DNA of 61,812 bases from an uncultured Bacilli bacterium (lineage in GTDB: Bacteria > Bacillota_I > Bacilli_A > RF39 > UBA660): contig CANQYU010000001.1 in the NCBI GenBank assembly GCA_947628145.1, forward strand, positions 1 through 61,812, in the 5' to 3' direction. The translations under genes were made by a program, and so were the position numbers. Position 1 is the stretch's first letter; each line of letters starts with the position of its first letter. Shown here piece after piece: positions 47,133 to 58,060 of this stretch. The notes beneath the pieces were generated by a model. That model was not told the DNA's origin. It saw only the letters and a program-made list of their open reading frames with translations, and searched no databases.

Positions 47133-47909
47133 TTATTTTAACATTCTTTTTAAACTTAAAATAGCATTCTTTTCAATTCTTGATACTTGAGCTTGACTAA
47201 TATTTAAAGCTTCTGCTATTTCCATTTGGGTTTTACCAACAATATATCTAGCCATTAAAATATCTTTTTCTCTTTTTTTAATTTTATTTAAAGCTCTATT
47301 TAAAGAAATTAACATATCTTGAGAACTATTTAAAGCTTTTTTATCAGCTAATTGGTCCATTAAATAAATAGTATCTCCCCCATCATTATAAATTGGTTCA
47401 TAAATACTCATGGGTTCTTTTAAAGAATCTAAGGCATTAGCAATTTTATATTCTTCGATTCCTAATTTTTCGGCGATTAAAGCATTAGTTGGTTCTATTC
47501 CATATTTATTAAAATAGGTTTCTTTAAAACTAATTATAGCATAAGCTAAATCTTTAATACTCCGACTAACTCTAAGAGAGGTATTATCACGAATATAACG
47601 TTTTATTTCCCCTAAAATTAAAGGTACAGCATAAGTAGATAATTTTAAATTATAGGATAAATCAAAATTATCAATAGCTTTTATTAAACCAATAACCCCG
47701 ACTTGAAATAAATCATCCATATTATAATTACCTTTATTAAAACTCCTTAAAATACTTAAAACTAACTTTAAATTACCATTTATTAGTTCTTCTTTAGCTA
47801 ATTGATTGCCATTTTGATATTCTTTAAATAGAGCATTGGTTTCTTCTGAGGTTAAAACTTTTAATTCATTAGTATTAATACCAGTAATATCTACTTTATA
47901 ACGGGCCAT
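47133..47909 (-). CDS. sigG: Sporulation sigma factor SigG (forespore, late)
   Basis: N-terminus RYKVDITGINTNELKVLTSEE parallels B. subtilis SigG (NKVEICGVDTSKLPVLKNEE). Region 2 has DLFQVGVIGLIKAIDNFD...STYAVPLILGEIKRYIRDN. Region 4 HTH is present. Confidence 0.8.
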   Translation of the reverse strand: MARYKVDITGINTNELKVLTSEETNALFKEYQNGNQLAKEELINGNLKLVLSILRSFNKGNYNMDDLFQVGVIGLIKAIDNFDLSYNLKLSTYAVPLILGEIKRYIRDNTSLRVSRSIKDLAYAIISFKETYFNKYGIEPTNALIAEKLGIEEYKIANALDSLKEPMSIYEPIYNDGGDTIYLMDQLADKKALNSSQDMLISLNRALNKIKKREKDILMARYIVGKTQMEIAEALNISQAQVSRIEKNAILSLKRMLK

Positions 47910-47930
47910 TAAAAAAACTTCCTTTCTCCT

Positions 47931-47961
47931 TAGTTATGGCTTAAAGAAAGTTTTTTTATAC
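47931..47961 (-). promoter_or_regulatory. Possible forespore (SigF/SigG-type) promoter upstream of sigG
   Basis: Minus strand GTATA, an 18-nt spacer, then CATAACTA. This is an imperfect match to the recalled GHATR-N18-CATxxTA consensus. Confidence 0.25.
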
Positions 47962-47962
47962 A

Positions 47963-50140
47963 CTAAATAGTTAAGGGTTCCGGATTTATTTCTAAGAAGG
48001 TATCTTTATTAGTACTAAATATTTGAATTAATTCTTTTAAAGTAGGCATTATAGTAGAATCAAAACGATATTTAAGAGTAATATTAAAGCGATAAATATT
48101 ATTGATTTTAAAATTTAAAGCGGTTGATGGACCTAAAATAATAGTATTAGAAGATATATGATTTTTTAAATATTTGACTACTTTAGTAGAGTTAAGACTG
48201 GCTTGTTCATATATTTTACTCGCAACTTTAATATTTATTAAATAATAATAAGGGGGATATTTTAAAGTTTTACGAATTTGCATTTCATAATTATAAAAAT
48301 CCAGATAAGCATTTTTACTAGCTGCAATGATAGTATAATGAGTAGGATTGTAAGTTTGAATAATTACTCGACCAGGATTTTTACCCCGACCAGAACGGCC
48401 TGAGGCTTGACTTAAAAGCGCAAAGGTTCGTTCACTACTACGGAAATCTGGAATATTTAAAGTCGTGTCCGCATTAATAATACCTACTAAAGTACAATTA
48501 GGAAAATCTAAACCTTTACTAATCATTTGGGTACCAATTAAAATATCATATTCGCCATTTTTAAAAGCGGTAATAATTTTATTTTGACTACCCTTTTTAC
48601 TAGTAGTATCGGCGTCCATCCGAATTATGCGAGCTTGAAATTTTTGAGCAATAAGACTTTCTAATTTTTCGGTGCCTAAACCTAAATAATTTAAAGCTTT
48701 TTCCCCACATTTAGGACAAATATCGTCTTTTATTTTTGTATAGCCACAATAATGGCATCGTAAACTATTAGAGGTTTTATGATAAGTTAAAGATATTTCA
48801 CAGTTAGGACATTTATAAGTAAAACCACAATTACTACAAGTAATAACTGTCGAATAACCCCGGCGATTTAAAAGAAGAATAACTTGCTCTTTTTTATTTA
48901 AAGTTTCTGTTATAGCTTTTTCTAAAGCTTCACTAATAATAAAATTCCGTTTTTTTAATTCTTCCGCCATATCTACAATTAAACTTTTAGGAAGCTCTTG
49001 ATTATTAGCTCTTTTTGTCAAACTTAATAATTCGTAATTACCTTTTTGAGCTCGAGCCATACTCTCTAAACTCGGGGTAGCGCTTCCAAGTACTAAAGGG
49101 GCATTATGATATTCACATCTTTTTTTAGCTATAGTTAAAGCATGATATCTAGGTGTAGTATCTTGTTTATAAGTATCACTATGCTCTTCGTCAATAATTA
49201 TAATACCAATATTTTCTAAAGGAGCAAAAATAGCGCTTCTCGTTCCAATAACAATTTTAACTTCTTTACGTAAAATTTTTAAATATTCATCATATTTTTC
49301 AGCTTTAGATAACCCACTATGGAGAATAGCAACATCACTACCAAAATGGGCATAAAAAATATTAATTATTTGTTCCGTTAAACTAATTTCAGGGACTAAA
49401 AGAATGGCGGTTTTTTTATTTTTTAAAACAGCTTTAATTAAATTTATATAAATTAAAGTTTTACCACTGCCGGTTACACCATAAATTAAAAAAGTATGAA
49501 ACTTATTAAAAGATGCTAAAATGGAATTATAAACTTTTTGTTGTTCTAAATTTAATTTTTGAGCAGTAACTAAAGTTTTAGTTTTATTGATGCGATAAAT
49601 TTCTTGAGGAGTAATTTTAATTAAACCCGCTTGTAATAACTCTCTTAAACTAGAACTGGGAAATTCTTTTTTATTTACTTGATTTTCGTCAATTAATCTT
49701 TCTAATATAGCCACTTTTTTACCACGATGGGTATTTTGATATTCTAAAATAGTATTTAAATCAGCATTTAAAGAAACATAATATTCATATTTATTATAAT
49801 TAGTTTTTTGTTCTTTTATTTTTAAAGCACTGGGAAGCATGGTTTGATAAGCAGTAATAAGATTACATAAAGTTACCTCTTGTAAATACTTTCCTAATAA
49901 AATAAGTTCAGAATTTAAAACTAAAAACTCATCTTCAATTCGGGCAATACTTTTTAATTCATAGTCTCCCTCATAAGAATTTTTAATTTCTAAAACAATC
50001 CCATGAACTAAACGGGTATTAAATGGTACTAATACTTTCATGCCTACTTTAATACGGGAACGAAGATTTTCTGGAATAAGATAAGTAAAAGCTTTATCTA
50101 AAGCTTTAATGGGATATTCTATAACACAGTAAGCATACAT
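47963..50140 (-). CDS. priA: Primosomal replication restart helicase PriA
   Basis: 725 aa. Walker A GVTGSGKT, DEEH box, and a double CxxC zinc-binding insert (CSNCGF..CPNC...CHYCG..CPKCG). Confidence 0.95.
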   Translation of the reverse strand: MYAYCVIEYPIKALDKAFTYLIPENLRSRIKVGMKVLVPFNTRLVHGIVLEIKNSYEGDYELKSIARIEDEFLVLNSELILLGKYLQEVTLCNLITAYQTMLPSALKIKEQKTNYNKYEYYVSLNADLNTILEYQNTHRGKKVAILERLIDENQVNKKEFPSSSLRELLQAGLIKITPQEIYRINKTKTLVTAQKLNLEQQKVYNSILASFNKFHTFLIYGVTGSGKTLIYINLIKAVLKNKKTAILLVPEISLTEQIINIFYAHFGSDVAILHSGLSKAEKYDEYLKILRKEVKIVIGTRSAIFAPLENIGIIIIDEEHSDTYKQDTTPRYHALTIAKKRCEYHNAPLVLGSATPSLESMARAQKGNYELLSLTKRANNQELPKSLIVDMAEELKKRNFIISEALEKAITETLNKKEQVILLLNRRGYSTVITCSNCGFTYKCPNCEISLTYHKTSNSLRCHYCGYTKIKDDICPKCGEKALNYLGLGTEKLESLIAQKFQARIIRMDADTTSKKGSQNKIITAFKNGEYDILIGTQMISKGLDFPNCTLVGIINADTTLNIPDFRSSERTFALLSQASGRSGRGKNPGRVIIQTYNPTHYTIIAASKNAYLDFYNYEMQIRKTLKYPPYYYLINIKVASKIYEQASLNSTKVVKYLKNHISSNTIILGPSTALNFKINNIYRFNITLKYRFDSTIMPTLKELIQIFSTNKDTFLEINPEPLTI

Positions 50141-50197
50141 ATTAATACCTCCTTTTATTCATTATAACAAAAAAATAAAATTTATTTAATTCTTTTT

Positions 50198-50230
50198 ATA
50201 AAGAAAAAAGAAACTATTAGTTAGTTTCTT
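50198..50230 (-). terminator. Intrinsic terminator of the YitT-family gene
   Basis: Minus strand AAGAAACTA-loop-TAGTTTCTT followed by a T-run. Confidence 0.65.
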
Positions 50231-51134
50231 AAAAAAGATTACTTAAATCAAAGCCCCGGGATTTAATAGTTCCCCCCTCTATATCATAACAATCATTTAT
50301 AATACAAAAAGCATTTTTATCAATAGTTTTTATTATTTCTTTAAAATAATAATAATCATTTGTGGGAACAACACACATTAAGATTTTTTTAGTTTCTTTA
50401 GAGTAGCCACCTTTACCATCTAATAAAGTAACTCCTAAATGTAAATCATTAATTATAATATTTTCGATTTCCTGATATTTAGCACTTTGAATGAAAAATA
50501 ATTTTCGTTTTGATATACCGATAAGCATTCTATCAACAATAATACTAAATATATAAGTTATAATGATGGCATATACCACTTTATTTACCCCCATCACTAA
50601 ACCAGCAAAGAGAATAATGACCACACTACTAATAAAATTAGCTCGGCCCTCAGGCATATGAAAATATTTACACATAATATCCATAATAATATCTGAGCCT
50701 CCAGTATTATAACCAGTTTTATAAATTAAACCATTAGCAAAACCATAAATAACTGAGGTTAAAATAAGAGTTATAATAAAATCGTCAAAATGAAAATATG
50801 GAGCTAAAATACGACTTAAAGGTAAAGTAAAAGTAAGCATTATAGGATATAAAATACTCCCAATTATAGATTTTTTAGTTTTATTAAAACCTAAAGTAAA
50901 ATAACTTAAAACTAATAAAAGAATGTTAGCTATATATATAAATATTTTATCATTCCAACCAAGCCAACTATGAAATACAATGGCAAGGCCACTTACTCCC
51001 CCAGTGACTAAATCATATTCAGCAAAGAATAAATTATAATTTAAAGCAAGTAAAAAAACACCTATAAACATAGTTAAATGGCGCAAGATTTTATTTTTAT
51101 TACTAATTATTTTGCTTAATTTCTTTATATCCAT
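50229..51134 (-). CDS. YitT family membrane protein (DUF2179 C-terminal domain)
   Basis: Start at ATG 51134 after GTGAGGA. Five to six TM segments followed by a soluble C-terminal domain (..VTLLDGKGGYS..). Confidence 0.8.
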   Translation of the reverse strand: MDIKKLSKIISNKNKILRHLTMFIGVFLLALNYNLFFAEYDLVTGGVSGLAIVFHSWLGWNDKIFIYIANILLLVLSYFTLGFNKTKKSIIGSILYPIMLTFTLPLSRILAPYFHFDDFIITLILTSVIYGFANGLIYKTGYNTGGSDIIMDIMCKYFHMPEGRANFISSVVIILFAGLVMGVNKVVYAIIITYIFSIIVDRMLIGISKRKLFFIQSAKYQEIENIIINDLHLGVTLLDGKGGYSKETKKILMCVVPTNDYYYFKEIIKTIDKNAFCIINDCYDIEGGTIKSRGFDLSNLF

Positions 51135-51226
51135 ATTAATTATCCTCACTTAAATAATAAATTTAAATCTTTTAATTGTCAATAATTTATTTAATTATTC
51201 ATATATTTTTTTAGAGGTGAAAACAA

Positions 51227-51580
51227 ATGAATGGAAATTTTTTTAGTACGCCAACTTTTCCAACTAATAATAATTTAGAAAGTCCCCCAGGTAATATTAA
51301 TTTTAGTAGTACTAGTCTGCCGATGGAACAAAGTTATATTGAAAATATTTTACGACTTAATAAAGGTAAAAAAGTTAAAGCTTATTATTCTTACCCTGAT
51401 TCCAACGAATGGCGTGATAAAATTTATGATGGAGTAATTGAAGAAGCTGGAAGAGACCATTTAATTATGAGTGATGCCAAAACGGGAGATTGGTATTTAC
51501 TTAGAATGATTTATTTAAATTATGTTACTTTTGAAGAAAGAATAAATTATAGTCATGATTATTCAGAAAAAACGTTTTAG
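51227..51580 (+). CDS. gerQ: Spore coat protein GerQ
   Basis: EQSYIENILRLNKGKKVKAYYSY...GVIEEAGRDHLIMSD..TGDWYLLRMIYLNYVTFEE matches the GerQ/YwdL core. Confidence 0.8.
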   Translation: MNGNFFSTPTFPTNNNLESPPGNINFSSTSLPMEQSYIENILRLNKGKKVKAYYSYPDSNEWRDKIYDGVIEEAGRDHLIMSDAKTGDWYLLRMIYLNYVTFEERINYSHDYSEKTF

Positions 51581-51642
51581 AACGTTTTTTTAATGGTATA
51601 TTTTTAGTTTCTTTTGTGTTATACTTATTATAGGTGAAGATT

Positions 51643-52185
51643 ATGTTGTGGTTTTCTATTCTTTTAATTATTATTATAATTTTAGCTTTAGGAGGAATTT
51701 TTTATATAAATGCTTTTAATAAGCTTAATGATTTAAAAACTAAAATTAATGAAGCGGAAGCAATAATTGATGAAAATTTAAGAATTAAATATGATACTAT
51801 TATGCGCATAAGTAATAGTTTAAAAAATAAAATGAAAAGTGACAAAAATTATTTTAAAGAATATGAAAAATTAAATAACCAAAATTTATCTAATTTTGAA
51901 ATGGATAGAAAATTAAATGAAGCTTTTACTTTAATTTTAAAAATGCGAGATGATTTAGGACTTACACAAGAAGAAGAGTTAGCTCAAGAATTAGCCCAAA
52001 TTAGAGAATTAGACGAAAAATTATGTGCGGCTAAAAATTATTATAATAAAAACACTAGTTTAGAAAATGCGATTATTAGACGCTTTCCAACTAATGTTAT
52101 TGCGAAAATTCATAAATTTAAAATTAAATTATTCTTTGACGGAAAAGATATGGATGACGAAATAATTGATGACTTTAAAATATAA
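51643..52185 (+). CDS. LemA family protein
   Basis: N-terminal TM, then FNKLNDLKTKINEAEAIIDENLRIKYDTI. Start at ATG 51643, after AGGTGA. Confidence 0.75.
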   Translation: MLWFSILLIIIIILALGGIFYINAFNKLNDLKTKINEAEAIIDENLRIKYDTIMRISNSLKNKMKSDKNYFKEYEKLNNQNLSNFEMDRKLNEAFTLILKMRDDLGLTQEEELAQELAQIRELDEKLCAAKNYYNKNTSLENAIIRRFPTNVIAKIHKFKIKLFFDGKDMDDEIIDDFKI

Positions 52186-52193
52186 GTCATTTT

Positions 52194-52850
52194 TTAATGC
52201 CAATCAATTTCTTTTAAACCATTTTGTTTTAAAAATTCATTAGTTCGACTAAAAGGTTTAGAACCAAAGAAACCATAGTAAGCTGAAAAAGGACTAGGAT
52301 GAGAGCTAGTTATTACTAAATGTTTGGGATTAGTAATAAGAGCTTTTTTTTCTTTAGCAAAATTACCCCAAAGAATAAATACCACGGGTTCTTCTTTTTC
52401 ATTTAAAAGTTTAATTATATAGTTAGTTAATCTTTCCCAACCTAATTTACGGTGAGACGCGGGGGTATCCTTTTTTACTGTTAAAACCGCATTTAAAAGT
52501 AAAACACCATTTTTAGCCCAAGATGTTAAATCACCATCGCTTCTGGGAGGAATACCTAAATCGTCATATAATTCTTTATAGATATTTTGAAGCGAAGGAG
52601 GTACTTTAACTCCTTTTTGCACTGAAAATGATAAACCATGGGCTTCCCCTTCCCCATGATAAGGGTCTTGCCCAACGATTACTACCCTAGTATCTTGATA
52701 ACTAGTTAATTTTAAAGCTTCAAAAATATGGTCCTTAGGGGGATAAATTGTTTCATTTTGATATTCTTTTTCAATTAAATGATAAAACTTTTTAAAGCCT
52801 TCACTTTCCCAAATTATTTTTAATTTTTCGTCCCAATCATTACCAATCAT
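52194..52850 (-). CDS. ung: Uracil-DNA glycosylase (family 1)
   Basis: Motifs VVIVGQDPYHG, AHGLSFSV and HPSPFSAY. Confidence 0.95.
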   Translation of the reverse strand: MIGNDWDEKLKIIWESEGFKKFYHLIEKEYQNETIYPPKDHIFEALKLTSYQDTRVVIVGQDPYHGEGEAHGLSFSVQKGVKVPPSLQNIYKELYDDLGIPPRSDGDLTSWAKNGVLLLNAVLTVKKDTPASHRKLGWERLTNYIIKLLNEKEEPVVFILWGNFAKEKKALITNPKHLVITSSHPSPFSAYYGFFGSKPFSRTNEFLKQNGLKEIDWH

Positions 52851-52865
52851 TTTAACACATCCTTA

Positions 52866-53303
52866 CTACTTATGATAAGTTTCATGATTATTTATTTTAA
52901 AAGCCCGATATATTTGCTCTAATAAAATACCTCGAAATAAACCATGAGGAAAAGTAAATTTAGAAAAAGATAATTTTAAATTACTTAAGGCGGTAATACT
53001 AGGTGATAAACCTAAAGAAGAACCAATAATAAAAGTAATAGTACTATAATTAATAAATGTCTGTTCTATAACTTGAGCAAATTCATTACTAGTTAAACTT
53101 TTACCGGTAATTTCTAAAGTTATTATAAAATCTTTATTACCAATATATTTTTTAATATTTAAAGCTTCTTTTTCTAAATTTTCTTCGTCTTTTAATTCTA
53201 TTAATTCCACTTTATGATATTTACTGATTCGTTTTAAATAGTCATTAGTTAAATCTATTAAATATGGCTCTTTTAATTTTCCTAAACAAATTATTTTTAA
53301 CAT
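52866..53303 (-). CDS. rlmH: 23S rRNA (pseudouridine1915-N3)-methyltransferase RlmH (SPOUT)
   Basis: 145 aa. Family pattern ..IGSSLG......L.LSFSKFTFPH.LFR..LLEQIYRA. Confidence 0.85.
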   Translation of the reverse strand: MLKIICLGKLKEPYLIDLTNDYLKRISKYHKVELIELKDEENLEKEALNIKKYIGNKDFIITLEITGKSLTSNEFAQVIEQTFINYSTITFIIGSSLGLSPSITALSNLKLSFSKFTFPHGLFRGILLEQIYRAFKINNHETYHK

Positions 53304-54061
53304 ATGATTACTTCACTCACACTATCGGGTTTAGCACATTTTATATCATTAAAAGGAATATTATAAGTTTTAAAAACTTGATGGATTTCATTTAAAGCTA
53401 GCTCTTCTGTATTATTTTTTTCAGATAAATGCATTAAATATATTTTTTTAGTATTATTACCAATTAATTTAGATAAATAAACACTACAAGCATTATTACT
53501 TAAATGACCATAATCTGATAAAACTCTTTTTTTTAACCAATCGGGATATGGACCATGTTGTAATTTTTCAATATCATGATTACTTTCAAATAAATAAATT
53601 TCTTTATTCATTAAATATTTAAAATTCTTATGATTAACATATCCTGTATCGGTTACGTAAACTACTGAATGAGAACCACTTTCAAAGACAAAATTACGAG
53701 AATCCGTCGCATCATGAGAAGAATGTAAACATCTCACTTGAAGATTATTTAATATTACTTCGTCTTCATAAATCAAAATATGTTCATAATCATGAAGGTC
53801 AGTTAATTCTGTGAGCATAGCTTGAGAAATTACAATTGTTGGTTTATATTTTTTTATAAAAGTTTTTAAAGCCGAAATATGGTCATCATGTAAATGACTA
53901 ATAAAAATATAATCTATATCCGAGGCATTAATCCCAATTTCGGCTAATTTATCGACAATATATTTACGATTTTTACCTATATCAACTAAAATTTTATAAT
54001 TTTCAGTTTCAATATAAGTTGAATTACCCCCTGAGCCACTTCCTAAAACACATACTTTCAT
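53297..54061 (-). CDS. MBL-fold metallo-hydrolase (YycJ/WalJ-like)
   Basis: Start at ATG 54061 (GGTGG upstream). The longer ORF would overlap the M23 gene. Begins MKVCVLGSGSGGNSTYIE, with metal motif SHLHDDH. Confidence 0.85.
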   Translation of the reverse strand: MKVCVLGSGSGGNSTYIETENYKILVDIGKNRKYIVDKLAEIGINASDIDYIFISHLHDDHISALKTFIKKYKPTIVISQAMLTELTDLHDYEHILIYEDEVILNNLQVRCLHSSHDATDSRNFVFESGSHSVVYVTDTGYVNHKNFKYLMNKEIYLFESNHDIEKLQHGPYPDWLKKRVLSDYGHLSNNACSVYLSKLIGNNTKKIYLMHLSEKNNTEELALNEIHQVFKTYNIPFNDIKCAKPDSVSEVIIC

Positions 54062-54062
54062 T

Positions 54063-55565
54063 TTAACCACCATATAAACGCATTGGATTAAAGTAATTAG
54101 TTTGCGTTCCCTGAGCGACGGCGAAATGTAAATGATATCCAGTGGAAGAACCACTATTACCCATACCACCAATTCTGGTACCTTTAGAAACAACATCACC
54201 AACACTAACTAAAATATTTTTAGTTAAATGGGCATATCTAGTATAATAACCATCGGCATGTTCAATAATAACGGAATTACCCATTCCCCCTCCACATGGG
54301 TCACCATAACCTCGACCACTGGAAGGACAGCCATTATAAACATAAATTACTACACCATCCGCGGCAGAATAAATTGGCGAATTAGCATTACCAGCCCCAG
54401 AAATATCAATACCTTGGTGCATTCGGCCCCAACGCCAACCCCAACTACTAGTTATGATATAACCTTTATTAGTAGGCCAGCCCCAGCTTCCGGTAATTTC
54501 TACACGATTTTCAGGAATATAAGTATAATCTCTTCGAGTTCCAATAGTTACTATTTGGTCTACTGGTTCTCTTAATATTTCATAAGAAGAATCTTTGACA
54601 CCTTGGTCTCCTACGCCATTAGTTACAGAGTATTCTTCATGAACTCTTTGTAAACCTTGTTGACCAGCTTGAGTTGGTTCTCTATAGCCAATTGGTTTAC
54701 TTGCATCTTCAACTTCGATTGTTTCAAAACCTATTACTTGATTAGTTACTTCTTTTAAATCATAAATAAAGGTTAATTGAGGTTCGATTAAAGTAACATT
54801 GACTTCATCCCCAACGCGTAGTAAAGAATTTTCTGACGTATAATTGGGATTAGCAATTAAAAATTCTTCGGGGTGTAAATGATTAGAATCGGAAACTGAA
54901 GCAATAGTATCTCCTAATTTAACTGTATAGGTTTTAGTATCTGGTTCTTCACCAAATAATAAGAATTGACTTAATTCTAATTCGTCCGTGTATATTTTAT
55001 CATTAACACTAATATAGTTTTCACTAATAGTAATATTTTCGTCAAATTTCATATCTTCAATGATTCGACCTGTTTCGACTATTTCTTCTTGACTATTATT
55101 TATATAATTTTCATACTCATTTTCGTCTAAAAAAGCTTTAACAAATCTTTTAGCCGCATCATAAAAGATGTTTTTATCTAAAACATTAATTTTATAATTA
55201 TTAGTAGTACCATTTATAGTAATAGTATAACCTTTGATAGTAAAGTCGTCACGTTCTTCAATTTTATTATAAACCTCTTTTTCACTATTTAATGTATCAT
55301 GAAAAGTATTGGTACTAACTATTTTTAAATCAGTCGGAGGATAAACATTTTTAACTCCATATTTTTCTTTAATAGAACTTTGATTACTATCAATTAAGTT
55401 ATATAATTTATTTTTATTTTTTATAATACCTATTTTTTCACCATTTAAATATACTTGATAAAAAGTATTGACGTCTACAAATACTTGTTTAGCCGTACTA
55501 TTTAAAAATATTACCACGCCTACAATTAAACAAAGGAGAATGGTTATAATATTTTTTTTAGTCAT
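54063..55565 (-). CDS. M23 family metallopeptidase with TM anchor, LysM and G5-like modules
   Basis: LysM (YTVKLGDTIASV...). Canonical M23 motifs HQGIDI, YAHL and GYHLHF. Confidence 0.85.
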   Translation of the reverse strand: MTKKNIITILLCLIVGVVIFLNSTAKQVFVDVNTFYQVYLNGEKIGIIKNKNKLYNLIDSNQSSIKEKYGVKNVYPPTDLKIVSTNTFHDTLNSEKEVYNKIEERDDFTIKGYTITINGTTNNYKINVLDKNIFYDAAKRFVKAFLDENEYENYINNSQEEIVETGRIIEDMKFDENITISENYISVNDKIYTDELELSQFLLFGEEPDTKTYTVKLGDTIASVSDSNHLHPEEFLIANPNYTSENSLLRVGDEVNVTLIEPQLTFIYDLKEVTNQVIGFETIEVEDASKPIGYREPTQAGQQGLQRVHEEYSVTNGVGDQGVKDSSYEILREPVDQIVTIGTRRDYTYIPENRVEITGSWGWPTNKGYIITSSWGWRWGRMHQGIDISGAGNANSPIYSAADGVVIYVYNGCPSSGRGYGDPCGGGMGNSVIIEHADGYYTRYAHLTKNILVSVGDVVSKGTRIGGMGNSGSSTGYHLHFAVAQGTQTNYFNPMRLYGG

Positions 55566-56916
55566 AATTCACCTCATTAATATTTTCAGGTTTTAAATAA
55601 TTTTTAAAATTACTCATGTTAAGTTCAAATAATAATTGATATAAACCGGTTGCCCCTTTTCGATGTTTAGCAATAATAACATCGATAGGAACAACGTTTT
55701 GTTTTTCGACACTTTTAGCTTCGTAATAATCTTTACGATTTAAAAATAAAACTAAGTCAGCATCTTGTTCTAGAGAACCAGATTCTCTTAAATCAACTAA
55801 AGCTGGTTCTTTATTTTCTCTTTTATCAACATTACGAGAAAGTTGCGCTAAAGCAATAACCGGAACATCCAATTCTAAAGCCATAGTTTTAAGGCTTCGA
55901 GATATTTCGGAAACCTCAACTTGTCTAGATTCTACCCGATTAGAACCGGTCGTAACTAATTGTAAATAATCGATAATAACTAAACCTAAACCCTCTTTAT
56001 TATTGGCGAGGCGGCGACATTTAGCTTTAATTTCGGGAGCAGTGATGGCGGCATTATCTTCAATATAAATATTAGTACTCCCGAGTTTACTCATGGCTTC
56101 ATTATATCTTTTCCAATCATTATGTTCAAGTTTACCAGTATTTAATTTATATAAATCTATACCCCCAATACTGGCAAGCATCCGATTTACTAACATCTCC
56201 GCGGACATTTCAAGATTAAAGACAGCGATGGCTTTATTAGTCGTAAAAGCAGCATTAGTCGCAATGTTTAGGGCAAAAGAGGTTTTTCCCATACCGGGAC
56301 GAGCAGCAAGGATGATAAGTTCTCCCCCATGTAAACCAGCGGTCGCTCTATCTAAATCATAAAAACCTGTCCGAATACCAGTAACATCACTTTTATTTTT
56401 AGCTAATTCTTCTAAACGTTCTTGAGCTCGTCTTAAAGTTTCATGAATAGGAACAAATTCGGTTGTTTGTCTTTTTTTAACAACATTTAAAATATTTCTT
56501 TCGGCTTCATCTAATAAACTCGTTATATTATCGTCATTATAAGTATTCGTTATAATATCCGTGGCAGTATTAATTAAATTACGACGAATAGCATGTTCTT
56601 TTAAAATTTTAATATAGTAAGTTAAATTAGCGGTAGTAACTACAGAATCTATTACTTCCATAAGATAAGAAATACCACCAACTTCATTTAAATTTTTTTT
56701 CTTATCTAATTCAGCTTTAACAGTAGTTAAATCAACTGGACTACCATTTTTATAAAGTTCAATTATAGCATTAAAAATAAGACGATTTTGGTCACTATAA
56801 AACATATCTTCTGTTACCTCGTCATTAATAGTTTCGATTGTATCTTTATTTAAAAATGCCACGCCTAAAACACTCATTTCGGCTTCTAAATCATGAGGTA
56901 GGACCCGACCCTTCAT
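55558..56916 (-). CDS. dnaB: Replicative DNA helicase
   Basis: LPHDLEAE N-terminus, Walker A ARPGMGKTSF, IDYLQL and a RecA-like core. Follows rplI, as in Firmicutes. Confidence 0.95.
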   Translation of the reverse strand: MKGRVLPHDLEAEMSVLGVAFLNKDTIETINDEVTEDMFYSDQNRLIFNAIIELYKNGSPVDLTTVKAELDKKKNLNEVGGISYLMEVIDSVVTTANLTYYIKILKEHAIRRNLINTATDIITNTYNDDNITSLLDEAERNILNVVKKRQTTEFVPIHETLRRAQERLEELAKNKSDVTGIRTGFYDLDRATAGLHGGELIILAARPGMGKTSFALNIATNAAFTTNKAIAVFNLEMSAEMLVNRMLASIGGIDLYKLNTGKLEHNDWKRYNEAMSKLGSTNIYIEDNAAITAPEIKAKCRRLANNKEGLGLVIIDYLQLVTTGSNRVESRQVEVSEISRSLKTMALELDVPVIALAQLSRNVDKRENKEPALVDLRESGSLEQDADLVLFLNRKDYYEAKSVEKQNVVPIDVIIAKHRKGATGLYQLLFELNMSNFKNYLKPENINEVNYD

Positions 56917-56924
56917 TGTATCAC

Positions 56925-57365
56925 CTACTTACTTATATTTATTTTTATTTTAAAATTTACTTCTTTATGAAGAGATACCGTGATTTCATGAATACCTAAA
57001 GAATCAAGATTATAATCTAACTCTAAACATTTTTTATCAATGTTATAGCCCATTTTCTTTAATTCATCCGCGATTTGTTTAGAAGAAATTTTACCAAATA
57101 CTTTATCTTGGGCACCCGTTTTAACTTTAAAAGTTAAAGTTTTATTTTCTAAGGCTTTTTTTATTTCTTTATATTCTTGGATTTTATTATTTTCAATGGT
57201 TGTTCTTTTAGCGATGGCAATGTCTAAAACTTCTTTGCTTCTTTTAGTATAAGGAACAGCTAGTTTATTTTTAATTAAATAATTATTGGCATAACCATCA
57301 CTTACTTCTAGGATTGCATCTTTTTTACCAACTTTTTTGACATCTTCAAGCAATATGACTTTCAT
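56925..57365 (-). CDS. rplI: 50S ribosomal protein L9
   Basis: MKVILLEDVKKVGKKD...GYANNYL N-terminus. Confidence 0.95.
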   Translation of the reverse strand: MKVILLEDVKKVGKKDAILEVSDGYANNYLIKNKLAVPYTKRSKEVLDIAIAKRTTIENNKIQEYKEIKKALENKTLTFKVKTGAQDKVFGKISSKQIADELKKMGYNIDKKCLELDYNLDSLGIHEITVSLHKEVNFKIKINISK

Positions 57366-57427
57366 GAGCATCTCTCTTTTCTTTTCTTATTATACCAAAA
57401 AAAAACTACTAATTAAAGTAGTTTCCT

Positions 57428-57982
57428 TTAATTCTTCCTAGAGAAGACAATTAAAGCAATAAAGCCTAAAACGGCAACCCCAAAGATACTTAAAACAATA
57501 TAAGTGGCAACTGTACTATCTTTATATAAAGTAGAGCTTTGGAATTTAATGCCTTCTTTTTTTTGTAATTCGGTCATAGTTGGGGCAACAATATCTTTAT
57601 AATCGGGATTATTAATATATTTCTTAGCTTTATTAATTAATTCGGTAAAATCGCTTAAATTACCATCTAATCCGATTTGATATTCGTCACTAATAACTAA
57701 AAAAGGGACACTTTCTTTATACTTGTCTTCAACATTTAATTTATCAACTAAAGCAGCATGTAATTTTTCATTATTAGGATTTTTCCATACTTCATAAGTA
57801 ATTATTTCTATTTCTTTAGGAATATCAGATTTATGATTATTTATATATTCAATTGAAGATTCACAATGAGAACAATTATAACCTCTAAAAAAGTATATTT
57901 TAACTTTGTCGTCTTCTTTGTTGCATCCTGATAAAATAAATACTGATAAAATAAGAGTTATTAATAAAATAAATTTTTTCAT
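57428..57982 (-). CDS. Thioredoxin/glutaredoxin-fold lipoprotein with C-terminal TM anchor
   Basis: Lipobox FILSGC and CxxC motif CSHCES. Start at ATG 57982 after AAGGATG. Confidence 0.7.
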   Translation of the reverse strand: MKKFILLITLILSVFILSGCNKEDDKVKIYFFRGYNCSHCESSIEYINNHKSDIPKEIEIITYEVWKNPNNEKLHAALVDKLNVEDKYKESVPFLVISDEYQIGLDGNLSDFTELINKAKKYINNPDYKDIVAPTMTELQKKEGIKFQSSTLYKDSTVATYIVLSIFGVAVLGFIALIVFSRKN

Positions 57983-58060
57983 TATATACACATCCTTAAA
58001 TAAAATTATAGCAAAGATTATTTTTAGAGTAAAGCTGTTTTAGAAATTTTATACCGCCTT